Position numbers and translations under genes: made by a program. Below are positions 1 to 13,319 of a stretch of DNA of 64,000 bases, one piece after another. Source of the stretch: Camelus ferus (taxonomy: Eukaryota); contig NC_045697.1 of assembly GCF_009834535.1 (NCBI RefSeq), forward strand, positions 13,270,001 to 13,334,000, written 5' to 3'. How positions within the stretch are numbered: position 1 is the stretch's first letter; every line of letters starts with the position of its first letter. Below the pieces are notes generated by a model, which worked only from the letters and a program-made list of their open reading frames with translations, was not told where the DNA came from and made no database searches.

Positions 1-198
1 ACTACTATACATAAAATAGATAAACAACAAGTTTCTATTGTATAGCACAGGGAACTATATTCAATATCTTGTAGTAACATATAATGAAAAAGAATATGAA
101 AACGAATATATGTGTGTATGTGTGTGCCTGAAACATTATGCTGTATGCCAGAAATTGACACAATATTGTAAACTGACTATACTTAAATTAAAAAAAAA
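1..198 (+). mobile_element. L1 3' end (young camelid/cetartiodactyl type), cut by window start
   Basis: 'tatagcacagggaactatattcaatatcttgtagtaac...gaaattgacacaatattgtaaactgactatact' then poly(A); near-identical blocks at 6953-7165, 21084-21249 and 58107-59329. Confidence 0.85.
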
Positions 199-1004
199 GT
201 GTGGAGTCAAAACATCTAGAAGCCAGCCATGCTGAAAACTAAGAGCAGATCAACATAGTACCACAGATGAGTGAAAATTCTACAGCTGGAAACGAAGGGT
301 GATCATGAGCTCAAGTATATCAAATAGCACACACAGGAATGGCAGATGTAAGCATATGAATGTATGTGAACCACTGCGGTGTCTGGGTGAATTATTCTAG
401 AGAGGTGATTTTTGCCCAGGTATGTGCTTTTCATTATTGTTTTTGTTTTGTTCTGTTGCTTTTGCTCCCAATCCCACAGTGCTAGAAGGATTTCCTTTGA
501 TGAATAGAGTGTGGGAAAAGCTCATATCAGAACACATTGATTCAGTGAGTAATGAACTGCAGTATTTTGAAAGAGAGTTGCGTGAGAGAAAAATCAAAGT
601 ATGGGGGTTGGACCATCTGTGTTTGCTTCCATGAAACTTTACTTATCTTCAGAAAAGAGATTTTTTTTAACCTATAAAATTGGGAGATGGGAGAGTAGAC
701 ATAATAGCAATAGGTTAGAAACTGGAAAGCATAGGGATGTATGATAAATAACTTATGGATGACTGATAATTGGCACTACCCCCATTCCTCTGGCTTTGGG
801 ATTCGTAGGGAAGGAGGTACTGAAAATACAGGCATGGAGTGGGTGGCAAGCGATGGTTGAAGGTATTAGAGAAGCCATTAGAACAATGTACATATCAATT
901 ATAGAGCTGACCATAAATCAGGGATATTCTGATCAGAGAAAGTCAGAGAGACTAGTCTGAAACATTTTAATACATTATGCACATGAATTTACCAGTTTGG
1001 TTAT

Positions 1005-1590
1005 TTATATTAGCCAAACCATTGAAGCAACCTAAATGTCCATCAACAGATAAATGGATAAAGAAAATGTAGTGTATATATTAAAAGGAATAGTATTCAG
1101 CCTAAAAAAAAAAAAGGAAGGAAACCCTACCACTTTTAATGACATGGATGTATCTGAAGGTTATTATGCTAAGTGAAAAAAGCCAGACACCGAAAGATAA
1201 GTACTATATGATACCGTTTATATGAGGAGTCTCAAACAGTCAAACTCAAAGAGGCAGAATAGTGGAATGGTGGTTTCCAGAGGCTGGGGAGAGGGGCAAA
1301 CGGGGAAGTAGTAGTTAAGGATGTGACGTTTCAGTTGTACAAGACGAATAAGTCCTAGGGATCTCCTGTATGGCAGAGACTGTAGTTAAACACACTGTGC
1401 CACATAATTAAAAATGTGCTGAGGATACATCTTATACTGTGTTCTTATACCAAAAAATAATTAAAGTAATAAATGAGAGGATGAGAAAAAATTTTTAGAG
1501 ATTAATAGATATATTTAAGGCATCAAGTTTCATACACTAAATATACACAGCTTTCTGTTTGTCAAAATTAATTAATTTAAAAATTAAAGA
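1005..1590 (+). mobile_element. Older L1 (L1MA/MB-like) ORF2 end and 3' UTR
   Basis: 'aagcaacctaaatgtccatcaacagataaatggataaagaaaatg' (KQPKCPSTDKWIKKM) followed by a typical L1M 3'UTR. Confidence 0.8.
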
Positions 1591-2577
1591 TAGATTTCCA
1601 TTTCATCAGGAAATAGAACTGCTGTATTTATATAAAATAAGAGCTTTAAGGAGAATCAGCTGACCCATAGGGAAGAGAGAAGACAGTCCTGGGTTGGCTT
1701 AGGTTGGGATAAAGTCTACAATGTTCTTAGCTTCATCAGTGTTCCAGTATAAACCCTGAGCAATGGACTAAACTTGGGAGAAAAAAACTCTTTGGTGCTT
1801 TTAAAAACTTTTTTCATCTGAGATGGTTTTACAAATTTCTGCCACTTGAAAATGTGCTTTTGATGATTTGGATAACTCATTACATAAAAGCCTTCATCCC
1901 CTGGCAGTCCTGGAAATGTGAGGTGTCACTATTTATGCAGCTTCTGCTAGGTAGAATACCTCATGAGTGCAGCATTACTCAAACACTGGAGAACTTATAT
2001 GCAGAGAACAGAAATCAGCCAAAGGTCCTGGCACTTATAAGACGCAAATGAAAGGGAATGGTAAAACATACCAGTGTATCTCCCGGGACACAGTCCTTTG
2101 GCTAGAGAGGGGAAATATTATGGTTAGTGAAATTTCTCTCCTGTGATAACATTAAATTATTGATACATGATTAGGGTAAGTTTTAAGTAAAATTATCAAG
2201 ACTTGTCTTAGAGATGGATTTTGGTGTACAGAGGCATTGAGAAGCATGGCTGAACACGTTCACATTTTGTGGTTTTGACTCTCATTTTCTCCTGAAAGTC
2301 ATTAATTACCACAGAAGTTGCATGATGAAAAGCCAGATTTCTGACCCCAATTACCCTGAGGTCAATGTACCCAAGTAAAGGAGAAAGGCAAGGTAATATT
2401 TTGCAATAACATCTCAAGTATTTTTTCTTCTTTAAAAATTTATGTTTCCTCCTTGAAATCATCTTGCAATTAAGACTAGGCCACAGGGATTAGGCTCCTT
2501 GCCATAGATAAGAAGAGGCAGGCGGACACTGCCTAAAAAAATTGAAGTCAATGCTCAGCTTTGAACTTCAAACTAAA

Positions 2578-2880
2578 CGCCTCTGGTTGAGTTCTTTGGA
2601 AACAGATGCTAAGGCAGAGTTTAGCATGTGAGAAATATATTAGGGATTGACACCTGTGGGAAAGAGCAAGCGGAAGCAGGATCAGGCATAGAATTGCAAT
2701 GCAGGTCAGAGAAATCCTTGAGTAGGTCAACCCCCAGGGACCTGTGGATGTAAAGCCCCCTCTGTGGTTTGTGTGGTTTGTAACCCATGAAGGAAAAGGA
2801 GGCTCCCTGGAGCTGAGGCTGCTGCTGGCAGCTGAGACTACAAATATTTCCTTAAAGAAGAATCCAGCAGTGTATCTCTG
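2578..2880. mobile_element. Degraded ERVL-class LTR fragment (LTR33-like)
   Basis: 'ggttgagttctttggaaacagatgctaaggcagag...acacctgtggg...gaagcaggatcaggcatag' resembles the recalled LTR33-family consensus. Confidence 0.5.
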
Positions 2881-3949
2881 AGTCAGGTATTGGATTTTAA
2901 TAAAAGCTCAACTGCAAAGTTTTCAGCCATGTTTTCAAATTATAGAAAGGGGATTTCTTGAATATCCTCTTTATATGCTGGGTTTTTCTGTATCCACAAC
3001 CCCAAATTAGAAGATGAATTTTATAGTAAACCAAGAGCTTGGGGGAATGCAAGATTTAAAATGGAAGGATTTACCACACCACTGACAAAATTCTTCTTGG
3101 TGAAGATAGTTGAGGCTGGGGAGAGAGAAAGAAAAAAAGAAGATTTCCTCATGATCTCTTGCCACAAAAGTCAGAATTTCTGGAGAATCTCTCCAAAACT
3201 TCATTGCTGGTTCTCTGCATCCTGACCTAACCTGCAGATTCTGGTGGCCTCGGGAGAATCCCGCTTTATACAGCCTGGGATTTGCAATGATGGAGAAAGG
3301 CCTAAGAGTTGGTGTCCAGGGTGTCCTTTTAGGGGAATGTCCACACCAGTAGCTGCAGTGAAAGCAGGTGAGATGCCTTTATTCTTGAGTTAGGAGTCAG
3401 ATATTTTATGATAAACAGTGGACATGAATAGATCTGGGGGTCAAAAGAAAGTCATTCACACAAGCAGAGGGGATATCCATAGTCATTAAGTGTAGGTATT
3501 AACACAATCTCTAAATGATGGAAGGCACCTCCATTCCTCAACAAATACCAGCACCAGGCCTCTAGATGACCAGAAAGACTAGTTAGAAAACACGGACTGA
3601 ACCTGGTAAAAAAAAAGGAAGGGCTCGGGAGAATCAAGGCTGAGGTCCAGAATCAAAAGATCATGACACACCCCAGACAAGGATCACATGTCATTCCCAG
3701 GATACTCTGAGGATACGTAAACACACACTCCCACTGCGTCCTTACTCTTAGATGTCTTCTTGGGGACAGGATAGAAGAAGTAGGGATAGGACAGAAGCAT
3801 TCTTGAGAATAAATTCAGAAATACTTAAAATGGGTTTAACTAGAAGAGAAAGGTTAAACTTAATGAGCTTAAATCGGAAGAGATAAAATTGCACCAAGAT
3901 GATATTATCCAAGTGGCTTCAGCAGAGTGGAGAGGAGAATTGGACTATG

Positions 3950-4185
3950 TAAGATGGTAGCCACTAAAACCGTATGACTAGTTAAACGAATTAATTAAAA
4001 TTAAATTAAGGTAAAATAAATGAAAATAAATAAAGCTGAATAAAATTAAAAATTTAAGTTCCTTGTTTTTCTTCTAGCCTCATTTCTGGAGCTTAAAAAT
4101 AACCAACGGCTAGTTGCTACCATATTGAATAATTTATATACAGAACATTACCTCTAACATAGAACATTCTATTGGACAGTGCTGC
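3950..4185. mobile_element. hAT-Charlie MITE (MER33/MER3-like)
   Basis: 'ggctagttgctaccatattg...agaacattac...agaacattctattggacagtgctg' matches the MER33-type terminus. Confidence 0.7.
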
Positions 4186-4599
4186 TTGAGAGAAACATGA
4201 GATTAGTTACTTAAAAAATATTTCTGTATTTTGAATATCTTAATTCTAATGTATCTTTTGATCATGCTATGTGAAGAAGTAATTTTTCAGTTCTGTTTAG
4301 AGCTAGGAAGAATCAGAACAAAAATTGTTTTGAGAAGTAGATTCCAGTAAGGCCAAATACTCAGGCTCATTATAGCTCTTATGTTTTCATCAATTTACGT
4401 GCTGTTTCAAATATCATATATCTGAAAAAGCCATAGGTGAGCCAGTCTCTCCAAAAAGCCCTCCATTACAGAATACATGATCATTAAGTGTTACACATTA
4501 TTTCTCCAACATGCAAGGCAATATAACAGTGATTAAGTTTGTCTCAGAGGACTGCATCAGGCTTCTTTCAACTAGTGTATTTTTGCGGTTCTTCTACCT

Positions 4600-5130
4600 T
4601 GTAGCAAGCTTCAGTCCTTCATTTCTTTTTGTGGCTGAATAATATTCTATTGTATGGATATATATATTTTGTTAATCCATTCATCTATTGATGGACATTT
4701 TTGTCATTTCCATCTTTTGGCTACTAGGGATAATATTGTTATGAACAATTGTTGTTTGAAGGTACTGTTCAAATAGCAGCTTTTGATTCTTTGGAGTATA
4801 TACCTAGGAGTGGGATTGCTAGGTCATATGGAAATTCTGTGTTTAATTTTAGGAAGAACCATTACACTGTTCTCCACAGATGTAGCATTTTACATTCCTG
4901 TCATCAATATCAATGTATGAGGGTTACACTTTTTCCACATCCTCACCAACACTTGTTATTTTCTACTTTTTTTGGTCTGCTTATTTGTTTGTTTTTAATA
5001 CAAGCCATCAAAATGAATGTGAAATAGTTTTGATTTCCATTTTCCTAATCCCTAATAAATCTGAGTATCTCTTTATTTGCTTATTGGCCATTTATCTATC
5101 TTCTTTGGAGAAAAGTCTATTCAAGTTTAA
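4600..5130 (-). mobile_element. L1 (L1M) ORF2 C-terminal fragment
   Basis: 'ggctgaataatattctattgtatggata...ttggagtatatacctaggagtgggattgctaggtcatatgg' is typical antisense L1 3' ORF2. Confidence 0.85.
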
Positions 5131-6150
5131 AACACTCATTTAGCATGGGAGAAAATAGACACCAAATAGTTTAAGGAAAATTTCTATTATTGCATACCAA
5201 TAGAAATCATCAAATATTAACCCTTACCTCCCACTATGCATAGATACATATATTAAGTTTTGCAATTACTATTTCACGTTCACTTTATAATAACTATGAA
5301 GTTGATGGGAAAGAATTTCTTATTTTACATGGTATATTCTTTACAAGAGAGTCATTAAGTAAAAGATTTGTTTAGAAATTTCTTTCTGATTCAAAACTCA
5401 TTATTTGCATTATTACCTGCATTTTTTCGAATTGTAATCAAATTTTGGAATGTTTCAATATGTGTTTTAAGATTTCAAGGATTTTCTTTTTTTGGCATAA
5501 TATCTAACCTTGATTGTTCATTGATTTTATAAACTCACCAAGCAATTTTTAACCTATGCCCTCCTCGCAGAGGCATACTATGTTTTAATTATATTGATGG
5601 ATGCCAATAAGTCCTCTAAAAGTAGTAATTTTTTAATGAGTTATGATATAGGCATAGTAAATTGTGTAAAGTTCACTAATTTTGCAACTTAAGCTAAATG
5701 GATCTTTATAGATGTATATACCAAGTATACTGTCCTCCAAGTCAAGAAATAGAACTTTCTCAGCATCTCAAAGCATTCCTTTTTGTCCATTTCCAGTCTA
5801 ATCTCTCTTTCAGAGGTGACCAATATTGTTCATCCTTTCATAAAATCTGTCTATCCCTAGTACAGGATATTATATACTATTTTATGTCTAGATTCTATCA
5901 TGCAGCATAATAGCTCAGAGACCCATTCAAGTTATTGCTTTAGTTTGTTCTTTTTATTGCTTTGCAAGTTTCTATTTTATGTATATAACAAAACCTTTAT
6001 CTATTCTCTTGCTGATGAATATTCAGATTGTTTCCAGTGATTAACTATTATAAATAAAATGGTTTTGAATATTTTTGATTCTGTCTTTGGGTGGACATAT
6101 TTACATATTTCTCTTGGACTCTTAGAACTGAAATTGCTGTCACTTTTAGT

Positions 6151-6670
6151 TGTGATAAGCAACTTCTAAGATGGCCCCCGATGATCTCCATTTCCTGGGA
6201 ATCATCCTTATGTCATTCCTTCCCCTTGGGCATGGGCTGGACTTACAGACTCACTCCTAAGAAACAGAATATGGTAGAAGTAATGTAATGTCACTTCTGA
6301 CATTAGGATATAAAAGTGTGGCTTCTTCCTGGGGTCCCTTTATTTCTCTTGAATTGCTTATTTCTAGAAGAAGACATTTGAGCTAGCCTTACAAAGAGGC
6401 TCAACTTAGTGAACTCAAAAGCAGATTTTCTGAAGACTTTCAGCAGTAGTGTGAATGATTCTGGTAACAGATCTTCTGAAGCCTACCAAGCATGTGAGTA
6501 GGCTTCATAAATAATCTTTCCTCAGTCAGAATTTGGTATGATTGCAGGATGAACTGATATTTCAACAAGACCCTGTGCAGCCAGCTAAGCTACTTCTAGA
6601 TTCCTGAGCTATGGAAACTGTGAGGTAAAAAATATTTATAGTTTTGGGCTTTAATTAATATAATTTTAAA
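6151..6670 (+). mobile_element. MaLR solo LTR (MLT1F-like)
   Basis: Starts 'tgtgataagcaacttctaagatggcccccgatgatctcc'; contains 'aacagaatatggtagaagtaatgtaatgtcacttctg'; ends near 'ggaaactgtgaggtaaaaaatattta'. Confidence 0.75.
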
Positions 6671-6934
6671 ATACATGTTTTGCTTTAATAATTACTGAAA
6701 GTAAAAATTTTAAATGTTTGTATCACTTTATATTTCCATCAAAAATGTGTGAAAGTTCCAGTTGTTCCACATCTTTGAAAACAGTTGATATTGTCAGTAT
6801 CATTAAATTTAGTCAGTGTGGTTACATTATCATTTCTCTGAAGACTAATTTTATGGAGAACATCGTTTTATTCTTATTGGCTACTTGTATATCCTCATTT
6901 GTGAAGTGCCTGGAGAAATCTGTTGCCTATTTTT

Positions 6935-7165
6935 TTTTCTTTTGTGTATATATTTTTTTTTATTGAAGTATAGTCAGTTTACAATGTTGTGTCAATTTCT
7001 AGTGTACAGCATAATGTTTCACTTATACATGAATATACATATATTTGTTTTTATATTCTTTTTCACTATAAGTTACTACGAGATATTGAAAATAGTTCCC
7101 TGTGCTATACAGTATGAACTTTCTGTTTATCTATTTTATACATGTTAGTATCTACAAATCTCGAA
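6935..7165 (-). mobile_element. Young 5'-truncated L1 3' end (camelid type)
   Basis: T-rich tail then 'attgaagtatagtcagtttacaatgttgtgtc...'; imperfect TSD tgttgcctattttt (6921-6934) / tgttgcttgttttt (7166-7179). Confidence 0.85.
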
Positions 7166-8539
7166 TGTTGCTTGTTTTTATATCAGCTTCTTTTTTTCCT
7201 GTGTAATTTGTCTAAGATATACTTTCAAAAATCTACTCATTGTTTGTGGCTTGCCCATTTCCTTTATTTTAGTGGAAAACAATTTAATAATTGTCATAAA
7301 TCAGGTGATTGTACTTTTTGGTTCTGTTTCCTAACTATCTTGCTTCATGACTGTTTTGCCTATAACTGGACCATTATCACACTGTCTTAATTACTACAGC
7401 ATGCGTTGTCTTAAGTAAAAATGAGTATCTTCAAATTGGCATTTTATTTAAGATTTTCTTAACTGTTATTTGTCCTTTTCATTCCCATATAAACCTTAGA
7501 ATAGACTTATAAATGTTCACTAACACACATACCCCAGCTAGGATTATGATTTTATTGTATTGAATCTATGGATCAGCTTGGAATTTACATCATAAAAATA
7601 CTGAATTTTCCAATACACTAACTTGTATATCACTCCATTCATTCAGGTGATTTGAATTCCTTCAATAATTTTGGAGTTTTCAGATTAGATATCTCAGACA
7701 AGTTATATTAGATTTCTTCTTATGTGTTTAATACTGTCATTGCAGTTAATGATACGGTTTTTTAATTTCAATCTTGCACTTGTTAGTATATAGTAATGTA
7801 ATGCAATTACTGCCAATAGACTTTTGGATGGATTTATTTAGATTTTTTATGTACACAAGTGTGTCATCTATGAGTAAGTATAATTCTCCTTCTGCCTTTT
7901 GATTATTTCTGTTTACAGTTTTCTTGTTGCTCTACCTAGGACCTTGGTGCAATATTTGAGAAGTTGTAATAGTGGAATTATTTGCCTTCTTCCTACAAGG
8001 AGGAAGAAGACACTCATTATTTTATTATTAAGTATACTTTGTCAGCACTTCAAAGACAGTATTCCACTACCTTCTGCCTTCTTTATTGCTGTGGAAAAGT
8101 TTGCTGTCAGTTCTCTTGTCATTGCTCTGTAAGTATTCTATCCTTGAAAAATTGTCTTTTCTTGTATGATTCACACATTCGCTAAGACATATCAAAGGGT
8201 GAAATTTTTAAGCTTAGGATTAATTGTGCTACCCAAACTTTAAGATTCTTGTTTTTTAATCAAAAAATCCATGCTGTTTATGGAAAACTCTCAGCAATAC
8301 ATTCTTCAAATAGCCCTTTCTTTCCTCAAATTAGTTATTACTGGCTTAGTAAGAGATCAACTTTTCTAGTAAGAAACAACAAGACCCTTTCATGACAATC
8401 AAATTGATATAATGAAATGAATAAAACAAATATTTACCAATTTTTTAGAAACAGTATCACTTTCTCGTATTTAATCTAGTTCCCTGGTTTAAATAATATG
8501 TATAGGTTTATGTTTCACAAATTTATAATTCTACCACTA

Positions 8540-9200
8540 ACCACTTTTATGAACATCAGACTCATATCCAAGACCAGATATTTATACTTAAATACTTGAA
8601 AGTTAAACCTTTCCAAAATAAAATTTCTAGATTTCTCCCTCAAAAAAAAAGCCTATTCCTTGGGAATCAATCTTCATTTTATTATTGGTGAAATCACCCA
8701 CCGAGTAACTCAGGTCAAACTGGTAGGAATTAATTTTAACCCTCCCTTTCCCTTACCCCCTACATCATCCCACCCACTAAAGCCATGTTGTCTGTACTCA
8801 TAAAGCAGCCGCCTAATTTAGCATTCTTTTCACTGTTCACTACTACTCCTCTGGTCAAAACCACCATAGTAACATTCCTTAACTTCTGCAATAACTCTTT
8901 TACTCTTCTTCTTTTTTCATTCTTGTCCTATTTTAATATCTAGACTAAGGTGATCCCTGAGAAAGATACATTAGTTCTTTTTCAATCTCTCAAGTGCTTC
9001 TATCGCTTTTGCACTTCAATCAGAATAGAATTCTACTTTTCCTCATGGTCTTCAAAACCCTATTAGTCTATTCATCTCTCCAGCCCCAACTTATATCACT
9101 TTTACACAGTGATGTCTCTTAATAGCACTTGAATTCTTGTTAAACCTTGAAAAATACCAAGATTTTTCTTGCTAAAGCACTTTTTCACTTTTCACTTCCT
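8540..9200 (+). mobile_element. L2 fragment
   Basis: Pyrimidine-rich L2-like text, e.g. 'cactactactcctctggtcaaaaccaccat...ctgcaataactc' and 'aaggtgatccctgag'. Confidence 0.55.
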
Positions 9201-9292
9201 TTGCCTCAGTATTCTTTGTGGGCTCTTTATGAAGACAGAGGAGAGAGCATCCAAAATAATAAAAATAATGGATTACAAAATTCATGTGTCCA

Positions 9293-9378
9293 TAAGAAAG
9301 AAAGAAACAAGAAGGTAGGAAAAAAGGAAGGAAGGAAAGAAGGGAGAGAAAGAGAGAAAGAAAGAACGAGAGAAAGAG
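9293..9378. repeat. Purine-rich (GAAA/GGAA/GA) low-complexity tract
   Basis: Directly visible; accounts for ORFs 9147..9488 and 9172..9408. Confidence 0.9.
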
Positions 9379-9399
9379 GTGAAGCTCTTCTTCATAGTA

Positions 9400-9970
9400 C
9401 CATGCCAACTAAAAAATGGAGAAGAAATGGTGGAGTTAAAAAATTTATCATTTCCAACTATAAACGGAAAAATTCACTGCGTAATTAATCAGAGATGGAT
9501 GCTAAAGCTGGTGGTAAAAGTTTAATAGGGAACATGCGATTTACATAATTTTAATGCATTTTCCCACAAATTACTTGTCAATTACAAATGGTAAGATAAT
9601 AATCTTATAGTGAAGAAACCTAGCAAAAATCACCTTAATGAAACTATCAAAGTTATCTTCACCAATCATTAACCTATATCATGTACTTCTTACACAATGC
9701 ACTAAGAAGAACACAATACTATTTTGGTTTATATACGTAATCTGTCTGCATGCATAATCTGAGTCTCATCATGAGAAAACATAAGACAAAATCAAACCGA
9801 GGAACATTCTACAAAAACAAAACGAAACAAAGCAAAATTGGCCTGTACTCTTCAAAAATGTTAATTTTATGTAATACATAGAAGTCTGAGAAACTTCTCC
9901 AGATTAAAGGAGATCAAACACATGCCAGAAAATGTGGCATCATGTCTACAGTTACTCTGAAATAGCACCG
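9400..9970 (+). mobile_element. L1MC/ME-type 3' UTR fragment
   Basis: 'cataatctgagtctcatcatgagaaaacataagacaaa...ggcctgtactcttcaaaaatgt...ccagattaaaggaga'. Confidence 0.7.
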
Positions 9971-11624
9971 ATACATGTAAATTGGACTAATTATGAATTT
10001 CAGAAAAGGTTATTTTGGACTCAACTCTTCAAATTCTGTCTTAATTCTTTTGAACCACATTTCCCACCTCCACATTGTATCTTACCTTTTTTGTGGATAG
10101 ATTACTAATTCAATGGACCTAGTGCATGGTCTAAGAGAAAATTTTTTTCCGTTATAAAATGATTGATATGCCAGAGAAGTAAATCAAAAAATATCTATGT
10201 GTTGAAGCCAAACATATGGCAACCACCTGAAAATAGGTCAAGAAAGTAATCACAAGTGTCACTACTGCTGTAAGAATTTTAAACCTATCAGTATTGCCTT
10301 CTGGCCTACAAAAATAATGAAGGCTGGGAGAACACTACAGTAAATATTTTGATGAGTTCTCATACAACTTTATAACCCTCTTCTGTTTATAACTTCAAAG
10401 AAACTGTTTTTGGACTTTTCAATGTTTTTAGTATTTTATCAGTTGTAAATGAAATTCAGCTTTTCTATTGGAATTGCTAAGAGGCTATATTATAGATCTT
10501 TGAAAACAGTATTTATTAACTACACTGACTATTGAACAATGCTAAAGGTTTGATTTTTAAAAATATATAAAAAGTGATAGTTAAAAGACGTAGTCATCAG
10601 AAATTATGTTTTTGTTGTTAAGTTGCTGTGGAAAATATTTAAGGTTAAGAAAAATAAATACCTACTCAATGTCATGCTACTTTGTTTGTTAAAACATAAG
10701 TTAAAAACATAGTATAGTATTAAGAAAAAAAGTTAATTACTCACCAACTATCTATAGGCTACGAGCTATATGCTAGGAGTTGTGGGTACATATGTGACCT
10801 GGCATATGTGGGGCTTCCTAAGCTGAGGACAAGATTGCACTCTAGGGCCTGGAGGATATGATGAGCTGCTATATCTTTATCCTTAAAAGATATCTCAATT
10901 TTTCTTTCTAAAATTCAAAATTTTAAGGAAGTTAGGAAATTGGAAAATTCCTCTAGAGCATCATTCACCATGTTTTCATAAAACTATTGATGAATTAAGA
11001 GTAGGAAAAGGAAGCCACATTTGTGTTTATATCATGCTATTTTTCAAATTTTTCAGGTTTGTCAAGATACAGCACATGGCTCTCTAAGCACTTTCCTTCT
11101 CTAATTTTTAGATCCAGACATTTTTGCACAGAAATTCGGTTCTTATGGTCTTCATTCCTTTTCACTTACTCTTCAACAAGTGACTCTACATAAGATATTT
11201 GACATTTAACATAAATTTTATTATTTTTTCATAAACACAGGAAGCTGTATTTTGCTAGGTATAAACAAAATACTTAATTTCAGTTTGATTCCATCAAGTA
11301 GTATATATGCTTATATGCCTATCTGTGTGAATGCTACTTTTGGTAAAACAGATTTGTTTATGTTCTAAAAAATTTACTGGTGTAACATGTGAACTGAAGA
11401 GTAAGGAAAGAAAGATACACATGACATTCAGCATGAACAAAATAGTCATCCTTGGATAAAAAGCTGAGTGAATAACAAGTTTACCACACACATGAATAAT
11501 GGATTCTTCCCATAATTCTTTTTCTTCCAGTGTTTAAGTTGCATTCGTTGGTACTAAATATTTTATAAATTAATATTTCAGGAAAAGTAACATCTAATAC
11601 TTACTAGAAAACATCTATGTGATT

Positions 11625-11800
11625 TGTATGTATCACACATTTCTTAATTTTTACATAATCTTGATAATTAAGAACAATTATTTACACTATACAAATGAGA
11701 AATTTAAAGCATTGTAATTTTGTGTATCTTCCTTAGTCACACACCTATAATTAAGTGACTGAGCCAGGATTTGTACCCTTTCCTTCCGGACTGCAAAGTC
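11625..11800 (-). mobile_element. MIR SINE
   Basis: 'tatacaaatgagaaa...ttccttagtcacacacct...gagccaggatttgtaccc' is an antisense MIR core. Confidence 0.65.
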
Positions 11801-12994
11801 TAGGAATTTTAGAATACCTTGTACTTTCTCATTCTATTTGCCATATAAACCATTATTATCTTCCAGTTTATATAAAAGGAATAAACTAATTTGATTTATC
11901 TCAATCTACATTGCACTTAGTTCACTTATATTAGAAACACGTAAAAGATCACCCGTTGCTACAATTTTATACTTCTTTGCATGTCTGTAAGTAGCTTGTG
12001 ATGGCATCAAAATGGGATTGATTTAAGTATCGTTATTCAGAGTCCTGGTTTCACATTTAAACACTAGTCTTCTTTGCCAATGATTCATATCTTGAGGTTC
12101 AAGAAATCTATTATTAAATTTATTAACAACACATATAATATCATAAATGCCCAATGGACATTATTGGTAGCGAGCCAAGTGAGTTAAGTTTATAAATATT
12201 CCTCATCTAGAAGTTTCCATAAAAACACATGAAAGGTATTTTCCTATGAAATTCTTACTTATATGTGGTTAAGCAGCTAGACACAGAAGTCATCCTGCTA
12301 GTAAAACTCAACTTAAGATGTAAAAGTCACTTTTGCTTTTCATTGCAAAAACTTAAAGAACACATACTTTCATTGTCTGTAGAAAATCTGAAGCAAATTG
12401 TTTCCTGTAGAAAATGAATACCAACTTGGGTAAATATGTAGGGGATCTTTTTTTTTTTGCCAATTTTTCACAAGAGCCTGAAAAACTTCTTTTCCAAAAA
12501 TAAAATGTTAACTTTATTATTATATTGGAAAATCAGAAAGTGATTCTAAGACACAACTAATCAGATATCTCACTGGTGGTGATGACGATACAGTTATTGA
12601 TCTGCTTGCATAGTGCTGACAATGTGACAGAGTTTACAGCTGAAAAAAGACTGGGTTTAAGGTCATCACGTAGTTTAGACAAATAGATGCATAGAAAAGA
12701 TGATGCAAATCCAGTGTGTAGTCCTTCAGGTCGACCCAAACTTTGGCATCTGCTGCTGGATTCAAACATTTTTCTTTGTGGCTGAATAATGTGTTAGATA
12801 AAAGTTACAGATAGATACCATTCAGTTAAACTTTGGAATGATTAATTAAGGAAATGAAGCTACTATGAAATAAGAAATAAGCCACTGAGAGCATACACAC
12901 CACCTCTAAGAATGGCTGTATATTTTTAACTACCTCCATAGCCCTATTACAGCACCAATTGCAATGCATTTTCATGATTGTTATTTCTGCCTGC

Positions 12995-13280
12995 TGTTAT
13001 CTGTCTATTTCTGAGAGAGAAGTGTTGAGGTATTCAACATGATAATGGGTTCATCTATTTCCCCTTGCAGTTGTATGAGTTTTTGCCTCATGTAATTTGA
13101 TGCTCCATTGTTAGGATACACACATTAAGAATTGCTATGTCTGCTTGGAGAAGTGACTTCTTTGCCATTACATAGAGCCCTACTTTATCCTTGATAACTT
13201 CTCTTACTTTAAATTAGTATAGCTACTCCTGTTCATTTTGCTTAGTATTACCTGGTATGTATTTCTCTACCCATTTACTT

Positions 13281-13319
<39 letters not shown>

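Larger units (their letters stand above)
5630..8310 (-). mobile_element. Old, fragmented L1 (L1ME/MC-like) interrupted by an MLT1 LTR and a young L1 3' end
   Basis: Antisense L1 3'UTR/ORF2-like text continues on both sides of the insertions at 6151-6670 and 6935-7165. Confidence 0.65.

Noticed and set aside
3000..3950. Possible ancient LTR (LTR78-like texture), likewise ~200-990
   Set aside because: Only a general resemblance; no terminus or diagnostic motif I could pin down, so it is not listed as a feature.
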